Sequence record: OY726582
Source of the DNA: Escherichia phage vB_Eco_NicPhage
Reading direction: 5' to 3' (one strand)
DNA length: 64,000 bases
Each line of letters starts with the position of its first letter. Position 1 is the stretch's first letter. This document shows, piece by piece, positions 8,211 to 17,054 of the stretch. The translations under genes and the position numbers were made by a program. Under the pieces are notes generated by a model. That model was not told where the DNA came from. It made no database searches and saw only the letters and a program-made list of their open reading frames with translations.

Positions 8211-8572
8211 TATAGACTCTCAGTAAAGGTACGAGCGATAACGTCGCGCTGCTGTTCTGGAGTCAGAGAGTTAAAGCGAACTGCATAACCGGATACACGG
8301 ATGGTCAGCTGCGGATATTTTTCTGGATGCTTAACTGCATCTTCTAGAGTTTCACGACGCAGAACGTTAACGTTCAGATGTTGACCACCTTCAATTTTAA
8401 CTTTAGGGTGATGTTCAATTTCAATTTCACGGGCATGCAAACCGTAGAAAATTTCCGGGTCTACAATAGCGTCTTCTTTAAAAGTCTTAGAGACAATAAT
8501 CCGGGCTTGAGTACCGTCTTCAAAATAAATAGTGCCTTTGTGTGTGCCTTCAAGAATTTGATATGCTTTCAT
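8210..8572 (-). CDS. grcA: autonomous glycyl radical cofactor (GrcA/YfiD-like)
   Basis: 120 aa; C-terminus ...[59 protein letters not shown] carries the glycyl-radical RVSGY motif and matches E. coli GrcA as recalled. Confidence 0.85.
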   Translation of the reverse strand: MKAYQILEGTHKGTIYFEDGTQARIIVSKTFKEDAIVDPEIFYGLHAREIEIEHHPKVKIEGGQHLNVNVLRRETLEDAVKHPEKYPQLTIRVSGYAVRFNSLTPEQQRDVIARTFTESL

Positions 8573-8578
8573 ATAACC

Positions 8579-8887
8579 TCAATTAGAAAATAAATTTATC
8601 CAAGTTTTTTCTTTAATCAAAAATGGGTCGGAATTAAACGCCATTAAACTTTGAGTGATTAATCCCTTAAATGGCCCATCAATAAATTCCATTTTGAAAT
8701 GTGGAATACTAGTCATCAGTCGTGCATTAGGAGCAGTACAAAGAACCTGCTGACCTGCGAACGGACCTTTAGTCAAACGATATCGTTTAGGTTTAAAATG
8801 GTAAATCTCATAATTTTCTACAAGAGCCCTTTTATTGCATACCGGGCTATTATAACAATATTCAAAAACTTCAATAGTGGTCATCAT
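8579..8887 (-). CDS. hypothetical protein
   Basis: Track ORF 8579..8950; internal ATG (MMTTIEV) overlaps upstream stop, SD GGAATG. Confidence 0.45.
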   Translation of the reverse strand: MMTTIEVFEYCYNSPVCNKRALVENYEIYHFKPKRYRLTKGPFAGQQVLCTAPNARLMTSIPHFKMEFIDGPFKGLITQSLMAFNSDPFLIKEKTWINLFSN

Positions 8888-9423
8888 TGCATTCCAATCA
8901 CAAAAAATTGAGGACGAGCAATACCGCCGTTGCAATATTTGCTTTTGCAACAGTGTTGGACTGTTTTAATATGTACATTGTAAATCTTATCCATATCAGG
9001 AGCTTTAATAGGCTCGTCAATTATATACAGAATACGAGAAAGCGTTAATCCACGGAATTTAGAACCTTCATTGCCAATAAAACTACGAACAGAATCAGTA
9101 AATAAACGGAATCGAATATCGTCGCTAGAATAACGAGAAAATTCTTTTTCAATGTTGCCAGCAGAAATTTTAGCATAAGCTGAAGTATTAGAAAGAACAA
9201 TAACCGTTCCACCATCATACAGCCAATTAGCAGCAAAGTTAGTCACAGCAATTGATTTACCTGATTGTCGGCCGCCGTCTAAACGAAGTGTACAGTACTG
9301 CTTGAGTACGTCTTCAAATGGTGGGACATAACCGTTCTTACAAATTTCTTCTACTCTAGCATCAGAATGGTGTGTAAAAGCATTCATCAGGGATAGATAA
9401 GGTCCAGTTAAAAATGTTCTCAT
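8884..9423 (-). CDS. P-loop protein (Walker A GRQSGKS)
   Basis: Track ORF 8884..9459; ATG at 9423 (MRTFLTGPY) chosen; contains LDGGRQSGKSIAV. Confidence 0.45.
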   Translation of the reverse strand: MRTFLTGPYLSLMNAFTHHSDARVEEICKNGYVPPFEDVLKQYCTLRLDGGRQSGKSIAVTNFAANWLYDGGTVIVLSNTSAYAKISAGNIEKEFSRYSSDDIRFRLFTDSVRSFIGNEGSKFRGLTLSRILYIIDEPIKAPDMDKIYNVHIKTVQHCCKSKYCNGGIARPQFFVIGMQ

Positions 9424-9599
9424 ATTATTTCTCTTAAGGTTTGGGCCATTCCGTGGCACATGTTAGGTCCTTCGACTCGCTATGTAAACCCATTACCGCA
9501 TTGCGCTCGACCTTATTACAGGTTGGAAAAGGTACATCACTCAGAGGACTCGACGTTCATGAGGAGAGGTTGCGTTCCCCTTTATTAGACAGGAATTAT

Positions 9600-9860
9600 T
9601 TAAGCTTTACCACCAGAAACAATTCCAAAGTTATCAAAATCGTATTCAATATCATCAGCATCCACTTTAGGTCCCGCTACGATGTATGCGATTTCGCGGC
9701 GCTTTGCATAGGTATTGATTTCTTTACCGTCACCACCTAAGAAAGAATATCCATTACGTTTTAATGAGCCAAAGTCTTCAGCATCACCTGCGAATGCTTT
9801 AACTTTAAATTTAGGGCCTTTAACGACTGCTTCTGTGATAAATTCTTGATACGTTTTCAT
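9600..9860 (-). CDS. internal protein (IP family, capsid-targeting leader MKTYQEFITE)
   Basis: Track ORF 9600..9872; start placed at MKTYQEF, the conserved T-even internal-protein leader cleaved by the prohead protease. Confidence 0.6.
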   Translation of the reverse strand: MKTYQEFITEAVVKGPKFKVKAFAGDAEDFGSLKRNGYSFLGGDGKEINTYAKRREIAYIVAGPKVDADDIEYDFDNFGIVSGGKA

Positions 9861-9875
9861 TTTTATGTCCATTAG

Positions 9876-10289
9876 TTAGTAAATTGATTTGCCATAATAT
9901 TTGTACCAAGACGGCCGTTGAGCAATTTTTTCATCTAAGCGTGCTTGACTTATCGCAATGGACGCTTCGGACGGGTCATAATTATTACGAAATTCGGCAG
10001 GGATGTCGGAAATATCCTGGACTGTCGTGTCCTTGATTTTGAAACCACGTTTCAAGCATTCAGCGATTAGCTCGATTTGACGTAAACGTAAAAATTCGAG
10101 TTTGTCGTAAAAGAATGTTACGTGACCTGTGCCTAAGATAAATGTTGGAGGGATTTTAAAATCCTTTACACGTTTACCGTTTTGAACATGTTTACGGACT
10201 GCACCAAATACGCGTGGTAATTCACGATACTCAGCCATAAGATGTTGGTCGGCCAGTTCAGAAACAAGTGTTAAATTGATACGGGTCAT
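9876..10289 (-). CDS. denV: endonuclease V (pyrimidine-dimer DNA glycosylase)
   Basis: Near-identity to T4 EndoV from [28 protein letters not shown] onward as recalled; start moved to that ATG. Confidence 0.9.
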   Translation of the reverse strand: MTRINLTLVSELADQHLMAEYRELPRVFGAVRKHVQNGKRVKDFKIPPTFILGTGHVTFFYDKLEFLRLRQIELIAECLKRGFKIKDTTVQDISDIPAEFRNNYDPSEASIAISQARLDEKIAQRPSWYKYYGKSIY

Positions 10290-10347
10290 AATTTCCTCCA
10301 AGTAGTTGATGAATGTATAGTATCAAAGTCCTTGGAGGAAGTAAACA

Positions 10348-10629
10348 CTATTTTTCTGAAGCGCCTGAAATATATTTTTCAAGACGTTGTTTCATTAGCG
10401 AGCCGTTCTTAGCGATTTCTTCCGGTTTATCGCACATACGTAACAAGGCTTCAAGCTTAGCGATATCGCTGGTACGTTCAAATTTGCGAGTATCTATCTT
10501 ACTAGCAAGTTCAGAAATACGTGCTAATAGACTTTCGGCTTCAACCAAAGCTGCACCTAGCTTAGTTGCAAATGTGTCAGTAGCTTCGTTAAGAATAGAT
10601 TCTGATAAAAATTCACTATATGTTTTCAT
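10348..10629 (-). CDS. internal protein (IP family, leader [10 protein letters not shown])
   Basis: Track ORF 10348..10644; IP-type leader at internal ATG immediately after lysozyme stop. Confidence 0.55.
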   Translation of the reverse strand: MKTYSEFLSESILNEATDTFATKLGAALVEAESLLARISELASKIDTRKFERTSDIAKLEALLRMCDKPEEIAKNGSLMKQRLEKYISGASEK

Positions 10630-11114
10630 ATATACGCTTTCCAAGTTCCTGTTTTAAATGTTGAGATTACGCGTTTCGCGCGATTAGGTGTCTGACGATA
10701 CCATTTAGATTGGGCTAGATTTACTGCCGCTTCATCCCAACGTTTCTGTTGAAGCATACGAAGAGAATTAGTAAAACCGGCGACGCCTGATACACCCATT
10801 TGGAAGACCATATTGACCAATGCACACCGACGAACCGCATCTAAAGAATCATATACCGGTTTAAGTTTAGCATTACCCAAGATTCCGCGAACGGCTTTAT
10901 CAACGTCTTCATTAAATAGCTTTTCAGCCTCATCAAGGGTAATTGTACCGTTGCATTTACGTCCGATCATTCTGTCAAGTTCAGCTTTAGCTACGGCTAA
11001 AGACGGGGTCTTTGTTACTAAATGGCCTATGCCAATAGTCCAAAAGCCTTCGGTGTCTTTGTATAAAGTCAGTCTAAGACCTTCGTCATTACGAAGCATT
11101 TCAAATATATTCAT
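10626..11114 (-). CDS. e: endolysin (T4-type lysozyme e)
   Basis: From [15 protein letters not shown]...TIGIGHL; catalytic E11/D20/T26 context conserved; SD GGGAGGT; track N-terminal extension rejected. Confidence 0.95.
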   Translation of the reverse strand: MNIFEMLRNDEGLRLTLYKDTEGFWTIGIGHLVTKTPSLAVAKAELDRMIGRKCNGTITLDEAEKLFNEDVDKAVRGILGNAKLKPVYDSLDAVRRCALVNMVFQMGVSGVAGFTNSLRMLQQKRWDEAAVNLAQSKWYRQTPNRAKRVISTFKTGTWKAYI

Positions 11115-11146
11115 AATACCTCCCACGTTTATAGGAGGTATTTATT
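11115..11146 (-). promoter_or_regulatory. RBS-sequestering hairpin with embedded late-promoter-like box upstream of lysozyme e
   Basis: Minus strand TACCTCC-TATAAACGT-GGGAGGTA-ttATG: 7-bp stem pairs the SD; TATAAACG in the loop resembles late TATAAATA. Confidence 0.6.
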
Positions 11147-11148
11147 AC

Positions 11149-11607
11149 TTATAGGAGTGTAGTGAGCACCTTATATAATGATTTGCCCATTACATATTCC
11201 CATTGAGAAGGTTTAATTAAAGCGAATGCATCAAATTCAGGAATCTGTCGTCCGTCTGGGAATGTATGATAGGAATTACAAACACTGTTTCTGAATTGCT
11301 CGTGCTCTACAGGGATGGTATATAGGAACAGATGAATATTCTTATTGTCTGAGTAATGATGTTCACCTAGGTCTTTCAGGAAGGCAGGGTCATATTGTGT
11401 AAACCCAGTTTCTTCTTCGCATTCACGAATAGCGGCTTCAATAGGAGATTCACCCGGCTCGACACGTCCTTTAGGAATATCCCACCGATGAGCTAAAGAA
11501 CCTTTAGGACGAGAACCAGTTACACGCCCCATGAATAATTCTTTATCTTCGGTAAGGAAAATAATACCGGCTGATAGTTCTTTCACTTTATTTTTCTTAC
11601 TCATCAT
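11149..11607 (-). CDS. nudE: Nudix hydrolase
   Basis: 152 aa; Nudix box GRVEPGESPIEAAIRECEEETGF; adjacent to e as in T4 (e.1). Confidence 0.8.
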   Translation of the reverse strand: MMSKKNKVKELSAGIIFLTEDKELFMGRVTGSRPKGSLAHRWDIPKGRVEPGESPIEAAIRECEEETGFTQYDPAFLKDLGEHHYSDNKNIHLFLYTIPVEHEQFRNSVCNSYHTFPDGRQIPEFDAFALIKPSQWEYVMGKSLYKVLTTLL

Positions 11608-11833
11608 CTCGGTCCCATGATTTGGCCATTAATTCGGACATAAATTCTTCAATGCGCGTTTCTTTAGATGGACTTTCACTATTAGAGACCGCAAGTTTGT
11701 AATCTGCAATAGGACAGAACATATCAAGGTCCATATTAAGGTCGTCTTTGATTTTTTCTTCTGACACATCTTTATCGTATGTGTACAGATAACTATCACA
11801 TGATTCTGATTTAATGTAAATTGCTATACTCAT
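11597..11833 (-). CDS. hypothetical acidic protein
   Basis: Track ORF 11597..11848; start at MSIAIY with SD AGGAAT overlapping upstream stop. Confidence 0.4.
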   Translation of the reverse strand: MSIAIYIKSESCDSYLYTYDKDVSEEKIKDDLNMDLDMFCPIADYKLAVSNSESPSKETRIEEFMSELMAKSWDRDDE

Positions 11834-12321
11834 CTCAAATTCCTGCATTCGGTAATAAAACGTTCAACTTCATTATTCTTGGCTTTTATCTTGTCTTTAT
11901 GTTCTTGTAAACTACTTTTAATAAGATTAATAATGATAGCGACAGTGCCGCCGCCAATGATGCCACCAATAATACTTACGATAGTAGATGCTAATAAGAT
12001 AGCAATAATATCAACAAAACCGAAAGAACTCACCTTAGTACTAAAAAACCATACCGATGGTACAAATATAATCCATCCTGCTATCCATTGGCACTTATTG
12101 AAAAACTTTTCAAGATCAGCTTGAGTTGTTCGTATTACTTCATCGATAGGTTGATAACCGTTAATGTATCTGTTCACGATAATACCTGCTGGCTGGTCGA
12201 TTTTAAATTCTTGGCAAATACGTTTAACTAAGTAGGATGGACATCCTGTCCAATCTATTGAATAGTATGAAATACCTTTATTGCCGTCGTCTATATTAGA
12301 CCAATATGTTTTGTTAATCAT
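11830..12321 (-). CDS. membrane protein with C-terminal ERFITECR tail
   Basis: 163 aa; TM helices (WIAGWIIFVPSVWFF, IIAILLASTIVSIIGGIIGG); C-terminal motif shared with four neighbouring genes. Confidence 0.5.
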   Translation of the reverse strand: MINKTYWSNIDDGNKGISYYSIDWTGCPSYLVKRICQEFKIDQPAGIIVNRYINGYQPIDEVIRTTQADLEKFFNKCQWIAGWIIFVPSVWFFSTKVSSFGFVDIIAILLASTIVSIIGGIIGGGTVAIIINLIKSSLQEHKDKIKAKNNEVERFITECRNLR

Positions 12322-13007
12322 TACCAGCCTTCCATAGGGAATTCCAGATAAACTTGAGCGTTGACACGAATTTCATTGGTAATCTTTTTAACTCGGTCTG
12401 TATTACGAGATACACGTCCGAACCAACGCCATCCATTACTAATTGCACGAGAACCAGTGTGCCATGTTTGCCAATCAAACTGAAGAAGAGTACGGTCTGG
12501 AGCTTCCCATTTCTCTAGTTCACCTTTTTCAATTTTTTCGAGGACTTCTTTGTGCCACTGGCGATAGATAAGTTCGCCATCAGGAATCTGACTGAACTCT
12601 GCAGTTCCTGTTGCAAAATGAGTAGGACACACGTCAGCGTTAACAAGACCAAGAATATGTTCAGAATGGTAACGAGGGTTGTCATAGTCAGGTTGTCCTG
12701 CAGTAATAAAGTGTTGACCAACTGGAATATCAGGGCGAGGAACATCGTCATGGTGGTATCCAGGGATAGCAGGATACCACCCAGGCATCAGCATATGAAC
12801 CCGAGAATCAAATACAACATGTTGATTAGTCCAATCAATTGGGAGATTGGCAATAAAGCTACGAGTGATTGAGCCACCATTATCCCAAGCAAAACCCAAA
12901 TCACAATTAAAGAACATTGGTTCATTTTTGATTCGGTCATTTTGTACGTTATGTGCAAAACTACCAACTGCACGAGCTTGACTATTAAACACTTTAGAAC
13001 TATTCAT
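12321..13007 (-). CDS. hypothetical protein (His/Asp-rich, possible metal-binding)
   Basis: 228 aa ORF; SD GAGGAAAA; no confident family assignment. Confidence 0.5.
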   Translation of the reverse strand: MNSSKVFNSQARAVGSFAHNVQNDRIKNEPMFFNCDLGFAWDNGGSITRSFIANLPIDWTNQHVVFDSRVHMLMPGWYPAIPGYHHDDVPRPDIPVGQHFITAGQPDYDNPRYHSEHILGLVNADVCPTHFATGTAEFSQIPDGELIYRQWHKEVLEKIEKGELEKWEAPDRTLLQFDWQTWHTGSRAISNGWRWFGRVSRNTDRVKKITNEIRVNAQVYLEFPMEGW

Positions 13008-13008
13008 A

Positions 13009-13314
13009 TTATTTTCCTCGACATTCTTTAATGAAATTTTCTAGATTGGTAGATTCAATAGCTTTTTTACGAGCTTCTGCGTGTTCTTCTTCAGACAATT
13101 TACATTTATAATTGACCCAGACGTTATGGTCGAAACTAGTCGTGGCATATAATAACAATGCTCCAACGAATAGCAAAAACGGCGATAAGAATACAAAACC
13201 AGGAACACCATCCATACTGTAAGCCTTTTGTAATACTGCAACAGAAAGAGCTGCGTAAAAAAGTGATACAAATATTGTTAAAAGACCAATTCGGTTGGTT
13301 TCGCCTAATTTCAT
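13009..13314 (-). CDS. membrane protein with C-terminal ENFIKECR tail
   Basis: 101 aa; two TM helices; SD GAGGAGAA; preceded by early promoter cassette. Confidence 0.55.
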   Translation of the reverse strand: MKLGETNRIGLLTIFVSLFYAALSVAVLQKAYSMDGVPGFVFLSPFLLFVGALLLYATTSFDHNVWVNYKCKLSEEEHAEARKKAIESTNLENFIKECRGK

Positions 13315-13334
13315 AATATTCTCCTCATGTTTTA

Positions 13335-13378
13335 ATAGGACTACTATAACATAGTCCTATCAGTTTGTACACTTATTT
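13335..13378 (-). promoter_or_regulatory. early promoter cassette (dyad ATAGGACTAC...ATAGTCCTAT)
   Basis: Same cassette as at 3366, 14897, 21671, 22002. Confidence 0.5.
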
Positions 13379-13573
13379 TGACATTTCTTCGATGTCACGA
13401 CGATACCCATCACGAACTTCACGAAGAGCTTCAAGGCCACACATAGGCTCGATACCAGTAATGTGAACTTGATTAATCTGATACTCTACATCTTCTAACT
13501 GAGCGAAAACATAACGACGTTCTGCTGCACAACCAGGTTTAGCTTTACCGAAACGTTTATTCAAAGTAGTCAT
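13373..13573 (-). CDS. hypothetical protein
   Basis: Track ORF 13373..13591; ATG at 13573 (MTTLNKRFG) has SD GGAGAT and a promoter cassette directly upstream. Confidence 0.45.
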   Translation of the reverse strand: MTTLNKRFGKAKPGCAAERRYVFAQLEDVEYQINQVHITGIEPMCGLEALREVRDGYRRDIEEMSK

Positions 13574-13597
13574 TTTTATATCTCCATTCACTCATTT

Positions 13598-13640
13598 GTT
13601 TTGATAGGTCTATAGTATCAACAACTACAGACCTTGTAAA
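13598..13640 (-). promoter_or_regulatory. early promoter cassette (GATAGGTCTATAGTATCA variant)
   Basis: GTTTAC -35 and TACTATAGACC -10 region directly upstream of 13373..13573. Confidence 0.55.
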
Positions 13641-13653
13641 CTGTTTTGTGAAA

Positions 13654-14685
13654 TTATTTGAAAGGTTTTACCATATGAAAGTTTTGTTTGAAACGCTTGA
13701 CGTAATCGTCGTGTCCTAAGCTTTGGTACATACTTACTACTTTGCTATAATTTTCCCAAGCGAACTCACGGAACCATCCTGATGTGATTGATGTACAGAC
13801 CTTTTCAAGGGCCATCATAAAACTATCACGTGGATGGATTTCAAAGTTATTAGGAATCTGAGAACGTTCTAACGCTAGTACACATGATTCTTCGTATACG
13901 CCGGCCAATTTGACCATTTCTGGTAATGATTCGAACTTCTCGCGTGAGGTCATGACTTCAGAACCATCTTTCATATAAAATGTATACGCTGGACGGTCTG
14001 TTAGTGCAATGGCTTCGTGAATAGTATCATGATCGTATGTGTAGATGTCATCTTTAAAGAATGCGCTTTTAGAAGTGTCAAGAACCGGGTGAGCATAATT
14101 CAAAGTTTCTTTCTGGCGTTTCAGCATAATTTCAGTAAGTTCATCGTTCAGTGTAACACCTTTACCACGAAGATACTGAATATGGTTCATAGTCTTTAAA
14201 AAGAATGGATTATTTTTCTTGAAACGATGAGACATCTTAATTGCAAGACATATCTCAGGAGTTGCCCAGTAAAACCCGTTCAAACGGTCTTTAGTCAAAT
14301 TTTTCTTGGCGTATTTTAAAAGGTCATAAGAAGACGTGAAATCTTCAGGAGTGAGTTCACCGACTAATTCACGGACATTAGTGATTGCCGGAACAATATA
14401 TGCTTCAAAATGAGTTTCGCGTCCATTATGGAAGCATTTGAAAACTTGGACATCAGGGTTATCTTGGTGAACATATACACCCATCATTTGATTTTTGAAT
14501 GCATTCCAAGAACCTTGGTCCGCAATAAAGTCCCAATCACTATTTTTAATAGCGCTAGAATCAATAAGACCGTGATAGTGAAGTGCACGAGAACCAATAA
14601 CTAACATCATAATATTTTCCTCGGAGTAATTCATTAACTTAAATTTCACGACATGCGATATTATATTCATCCCAGAGGTCATCAT
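13654..14685 (-). CDS. nucleotidyltransferase-fold-like protein
   Basis: 343 aa; motif VIGSRALHYHGLIDSSAIKNSDWDF resembles Pol-beta NTase GS...D.D; weak. Confidence 0.45.
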   Translation of the reverse strand: MMTSGMNIISHVVKFKLMNYSEENIMMLVIGSRALHYHGLIDSSAIKNSDWDFIADQGSWNAFKNQMMGVYVHQDNPDVQVFKCFHNGRETHFEAYIVPAITNVRELVGELTPEDFTSSYDLLKYAKKNLTKDRLNGFYWATPEICLAIKMSHRFKKNNPFFLKTMNHIQYLRGKGVTLNDELTEIMLKRQKETLNYAHPVLDTSKSAFFKDDIYTYDHDTIHEAIALTDRPAYTFYMKDGSEVMTSREKFESLPEMVKLAGVYEESCVLALERSQIPNNFEIHPRDSFMMALEKVCTSITSGWFREFAWENYSKVVSMYQSLGHDDYVKRFKQNFHMVKPFK

Positions 14686-14890
14686 GTGAAGCCTCTACCA
14701 ATGGAACGATTGTACCGTTTATGTCTTCATTATAAGGGCAAATTGTACAGTGCGCATCTTCGAATCGGATGCCTTTGTGTTCAGATTTTTTATAACGCAT
14801 ATCGAATATCTTTGCAAACTTTTCACGAGTAATGGTTTTAGCAACCACTTTAGTTCCGATACTTTCGTAATAAATCATTGTGGACTCCAT
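14639..14890 (-). CDS. hypothetical protein (Cys/His-containing)
   Basis: 83 aa ORF immediately downstream of early promoter cassette. Confidence 0.4.
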   Translation of the reverse strand: MESTMIYYESIGTKVVAKTITREKFAKIFDMRYKKSEHKGIRFEDAHCTICPYNEDINGTIVPLVEASHDDLWDEYNIACREI

Positions 14891-14896
14891 TTGTTT

Positions 14897-14937
14897 TGAT
14901 AGGACTACTATAACATAGCCCTATCTTGTTGTAAACT
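14897..14937 (-). promoter_or_regulatory. early promoter cassette
   Basis: GTTTAC ... dyad GATAGGACTACTATAACATAGCCCTATC. Confidence 0.55.
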
Positions 14938-14940
14938 GTT

Positions 14941-15138
14941 TTAGCAAGAATAACTAGATGATACCCAGCCTTGAACAGTGATACTATTGTGGGATAATGA
15001 GATCGCGTCCTGGAGATTCAGACCTGCGTTATCTTCAATCCATAATGTAACTTCTTCGCGTTCTTCTGTTGCAATTTGGAACAGGTTTTCCAGAGCAGCT
15101 ACTGCCGTACGTACAGCACAATCTAATTCACGAGACAT
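14941..15138 (-). CDS. small protein, paralog 1 of W-V-S-S-S-x-x-C tail family
   Basis: 65 aa; ends QGWVSSSYSC; ATG with SD GGAAACA. Confidence 0.5.
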   Translation of the reverse strand: MSRELDCAVRTAVAALENLFQIATEEREEVTLWIEDNAGLNLQDAISLSHNSITVQGWVSSSYSC

Positions 15139-15147
15139 ATTGTTTCC

Positions 15148-15420
15148 TTAGCAAGTGTGAGAAGATGCGACCCAACCACCGGTTTCGAGGCTCAGGTTGT
15201 AGTCGTATTGGTAAACGTCAGCCCATTCAGCATAGCCGTTTTTTGCACAACGTTCAAGATCGGCTTTAAGATGTCCGGGTGAATGATAGGTTCCACCCAT
15301 ACCATAAGCTGGGTACAAGTTGAATGTTGTGTTTTGTTTATCAGCAATTTCTTTGGCAGCCTCAATAGCTGCATAGATTTTTGCTACAGCTTCAGCCAGT
15401 TCGGTTTGTTCTTTAGACAT
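15148..15420 (-). CDS. small protein, paralog 2 of W-V-S-S-S-x-x-C tail family
   Basis: 90 aa; ends GGWVASSHTC; SD GGAATCA. Confidence 0.5.
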   Translation of the reverse strand: MSKEQTELAEAVAKIYAAIEAAKEIADKQNTTFNLYPAYGMGGTYHSPGHLKADLERCAKNGYAEWADVYQYDYNLSLETGGWVASSHTC

Positions 15421-15429
15421 AATGATTCC

Positions 15430-15735
15430 TTAGCACAACGCAGAAGACGAAACCCAAGCACCTTCAGTAATAACGTAACCATTACCTTCACGCTTAACAT
15501 CGCCACCATTATTTTCAATTTCATCTTTCATCCACTGGGATACGATTTCACCCTTAGGATAATAAGTACGACCGCTACCATAATCACCTACAGAAAATGA
15601 TACGGCATATTGGTCTGCGATCTTTGTTGCTTCTTCTTCGATACGTTCAGCTTGATTCAGAAGTTTATAAATTGCATCTGAAGCGGATTTGGCATCATTA
15701 AACTCTGGTACTTTAATTTCAATAATCTTACTCAT
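15430..15735 (-). CDS. small protein, paralog 3 of W-V-S-S-S-x-x-C tail family
   Basis: 101 aa; ends GAWVSSSALC; SD AAGGAATG. Confidence 0.5.
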   Translation of the reverse strand: MSKIIEIKVPEFNDAKSASDAIYKLLNQAERIEEEATKIADQYAVSFSVGDYGSGRTYYPKGEIVSQWMKDEIENNGGDVKREGNGYVITEGAWVSSSALC

Positions 15736-16091
15736 TTTCTACATTCCTTAATAAAGTTTTCTATTGTTTCATTTTCACGTCTAGCTAGGAGTTCATTATA
15801 ACTAATCATTTGAGAAGCGTAAACCTTTTTATTTTTCTTGTTATGGTTTATAAAATCGTAGTAAAAATAGACTACAGTACAAAATGATGCGATGGATGCA
15901 AAGGCTTGGGTATACCGTAAGTCTTGCCATTGGTCTGTGAATCCACCAGTGTTCCCTATAAATCCTAACACAACGCCGTCAATAAGAAATCCAACTAATC
16001 CAAAGGCAAATCCCACGCCAATACTTATAATAAAAATTAGAATGTTCTCACCAAGAGAAGGCCATACGGTTAAGAGTTGAGGCTTTTGCAT
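15732..16091 (-). CDS. membrane protein with C-terminal ENFIKECRK tail
   Basis: 119 aa; 2-3 TM helices; SD AAGGAAAT. Confidence 0.5.
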   Translation of the reverse strand: MQKPQLLTVWPSLGENILIFIISIGVGFAFGLVGFLIDGVVLGFIGNTGGFTDQWQDLRYTQAFASIASFCTVVYFYYDFINHNKKNKKVYASQMISYNELLARRENETIENFIKECRK

Positions 16092-16465
16092 CTTATTTCC
16101 TTAACGAATTCCATAGCTTCTTCATATTCATACTTTTTAACAGCTTCATCATACTGAGCTTGGGCTTTTGCGCACTGAACTCTCCATTCTCTTACTCGAG
16201 CTCTGTGATGACGGCCTTGGTGCCAATATCCAATCCAGTTAATAGGCATTAATAAAAACGGTACAATAAGTGGTGCGACGAACATTAATGAAAACGCTGC
16301 ATCAGACGATATAACTTCACTAGAATCTAAAACAGCTCCTATAATCATAAAGATTAAAAATGCTAAAGCTAAAATAGGGCCAAATAATACTTCATTTGGG
16401 ATTAATTTACGCTTGTATTCATACGCCCAGGGCTTACTTGGCATGTATAGGGTTGGCTTTGACAT
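16070..16465 (-). CDS. membrane protein with C-terminal EFVKEIRCK tail
   Basis: Track ORF 16070..16495; start moved to MSKPTLY (SD GGAATGTAGAGAAT); two TM helices. Confidence 0.45.
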   Translation of the reverse strand: MSKPTLYMPSKPWAYEYKRKLIPNEVLFGPILALAFLIFMIIGAVLDSSEVISSDAAFSLMFVAPLIVPFLLMPINWIGYWHQGRHHRARVREWRVQCAKAQAQYDEAVKKYEYEEAMEFVKEIRCKSLNS

Positions 16466-17036
16466 ATTCTCTACATTCCATAATAAATTGCTCAAGGATT
16501 AAATTGTTAGTGAAATTAGGACTAACAACCATAGTTTCATAAAGCGCATCAATAGCACTTAAAGCATCAACTCTTTTAAGCAAAGGCTTGCCTTCATACA
16601 TAGTTTCAGAATCGATGATTAACGTAAAGTAATATTTTTTATTATCGACTAGAACTTCTGTATCGATATAAAACATGTTAGACCTTAAAAGCTTATCTCT
16701 AAAACCATAATAATCTTCAGAGCGTTCGCTGATATATTCCCATTCAGTGTTTAAACAACAAACAGACCATGTAGGAGCAACGAAATCAGTGAATCTAATA
16801 TCATGGTCTGCAACTAGTTTAGCAATAGCTCCGATATCATGAATCATAATACCTGGGGCTAATAAAGATTTTCTGCTATGGCTAGCCGTTTTCTCAGTAG
16901 TCTCATAAGAAGACGACCAGTACCATTTACGTCCGGTTGCAACATATCGTAATGAATCAACTAAAGACGTAGGTGGATTTACCTTATCTCGGAACTCTTC
17001 GAACATTGAGTCAATATCATTATTTTGGTTTCGCAT
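16434..17036 (-). CDS. hypothetical protein with EQFIMECR motif near C-terminus
   Basis: Track ORF begins at TTG 17057; ATG at 17036 (MRNQNNDID) has SD AAAGGAG. Confidence 0.5.
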   Translation of the reverse strand: MRNQNNDIDSMFEEFRDKVNPPTSLVDSLRYVATGRKWYWSSSYETTEKTASHSRKSLLAPGIMIHDIGAIAKLVADHDIRFTDFVAPTWSVCCLNTEWEYISERSEDYYGFRDKLLRSNMFYIDTEVLVDNKKYYFTLIIDSETMYEGKPLLKRVDALSAIDALYETMVVSPNFTNNLILEQFIMECREYVKANPIHAK

Positions 17037-17054
17037 GTTAACTCCTTTATTATC

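Noticed and set aside
9045-9236. Minus-strand 63-aa nested ORF
   Set aside because: Lies within the longer P-loop protein gene 8884..9423 in another frame; hydrophobic low-complexity translation typical of AT-rich out-of-frame reading.
12321-13007. 2OG-Fe(II) oxygenase assignment for the 228-aa protein
   Set aside because: The His/Asp residues (GYHHDD, PTHF) do not form a convincing HxD...H facial triad spacing; left as hypothetical.
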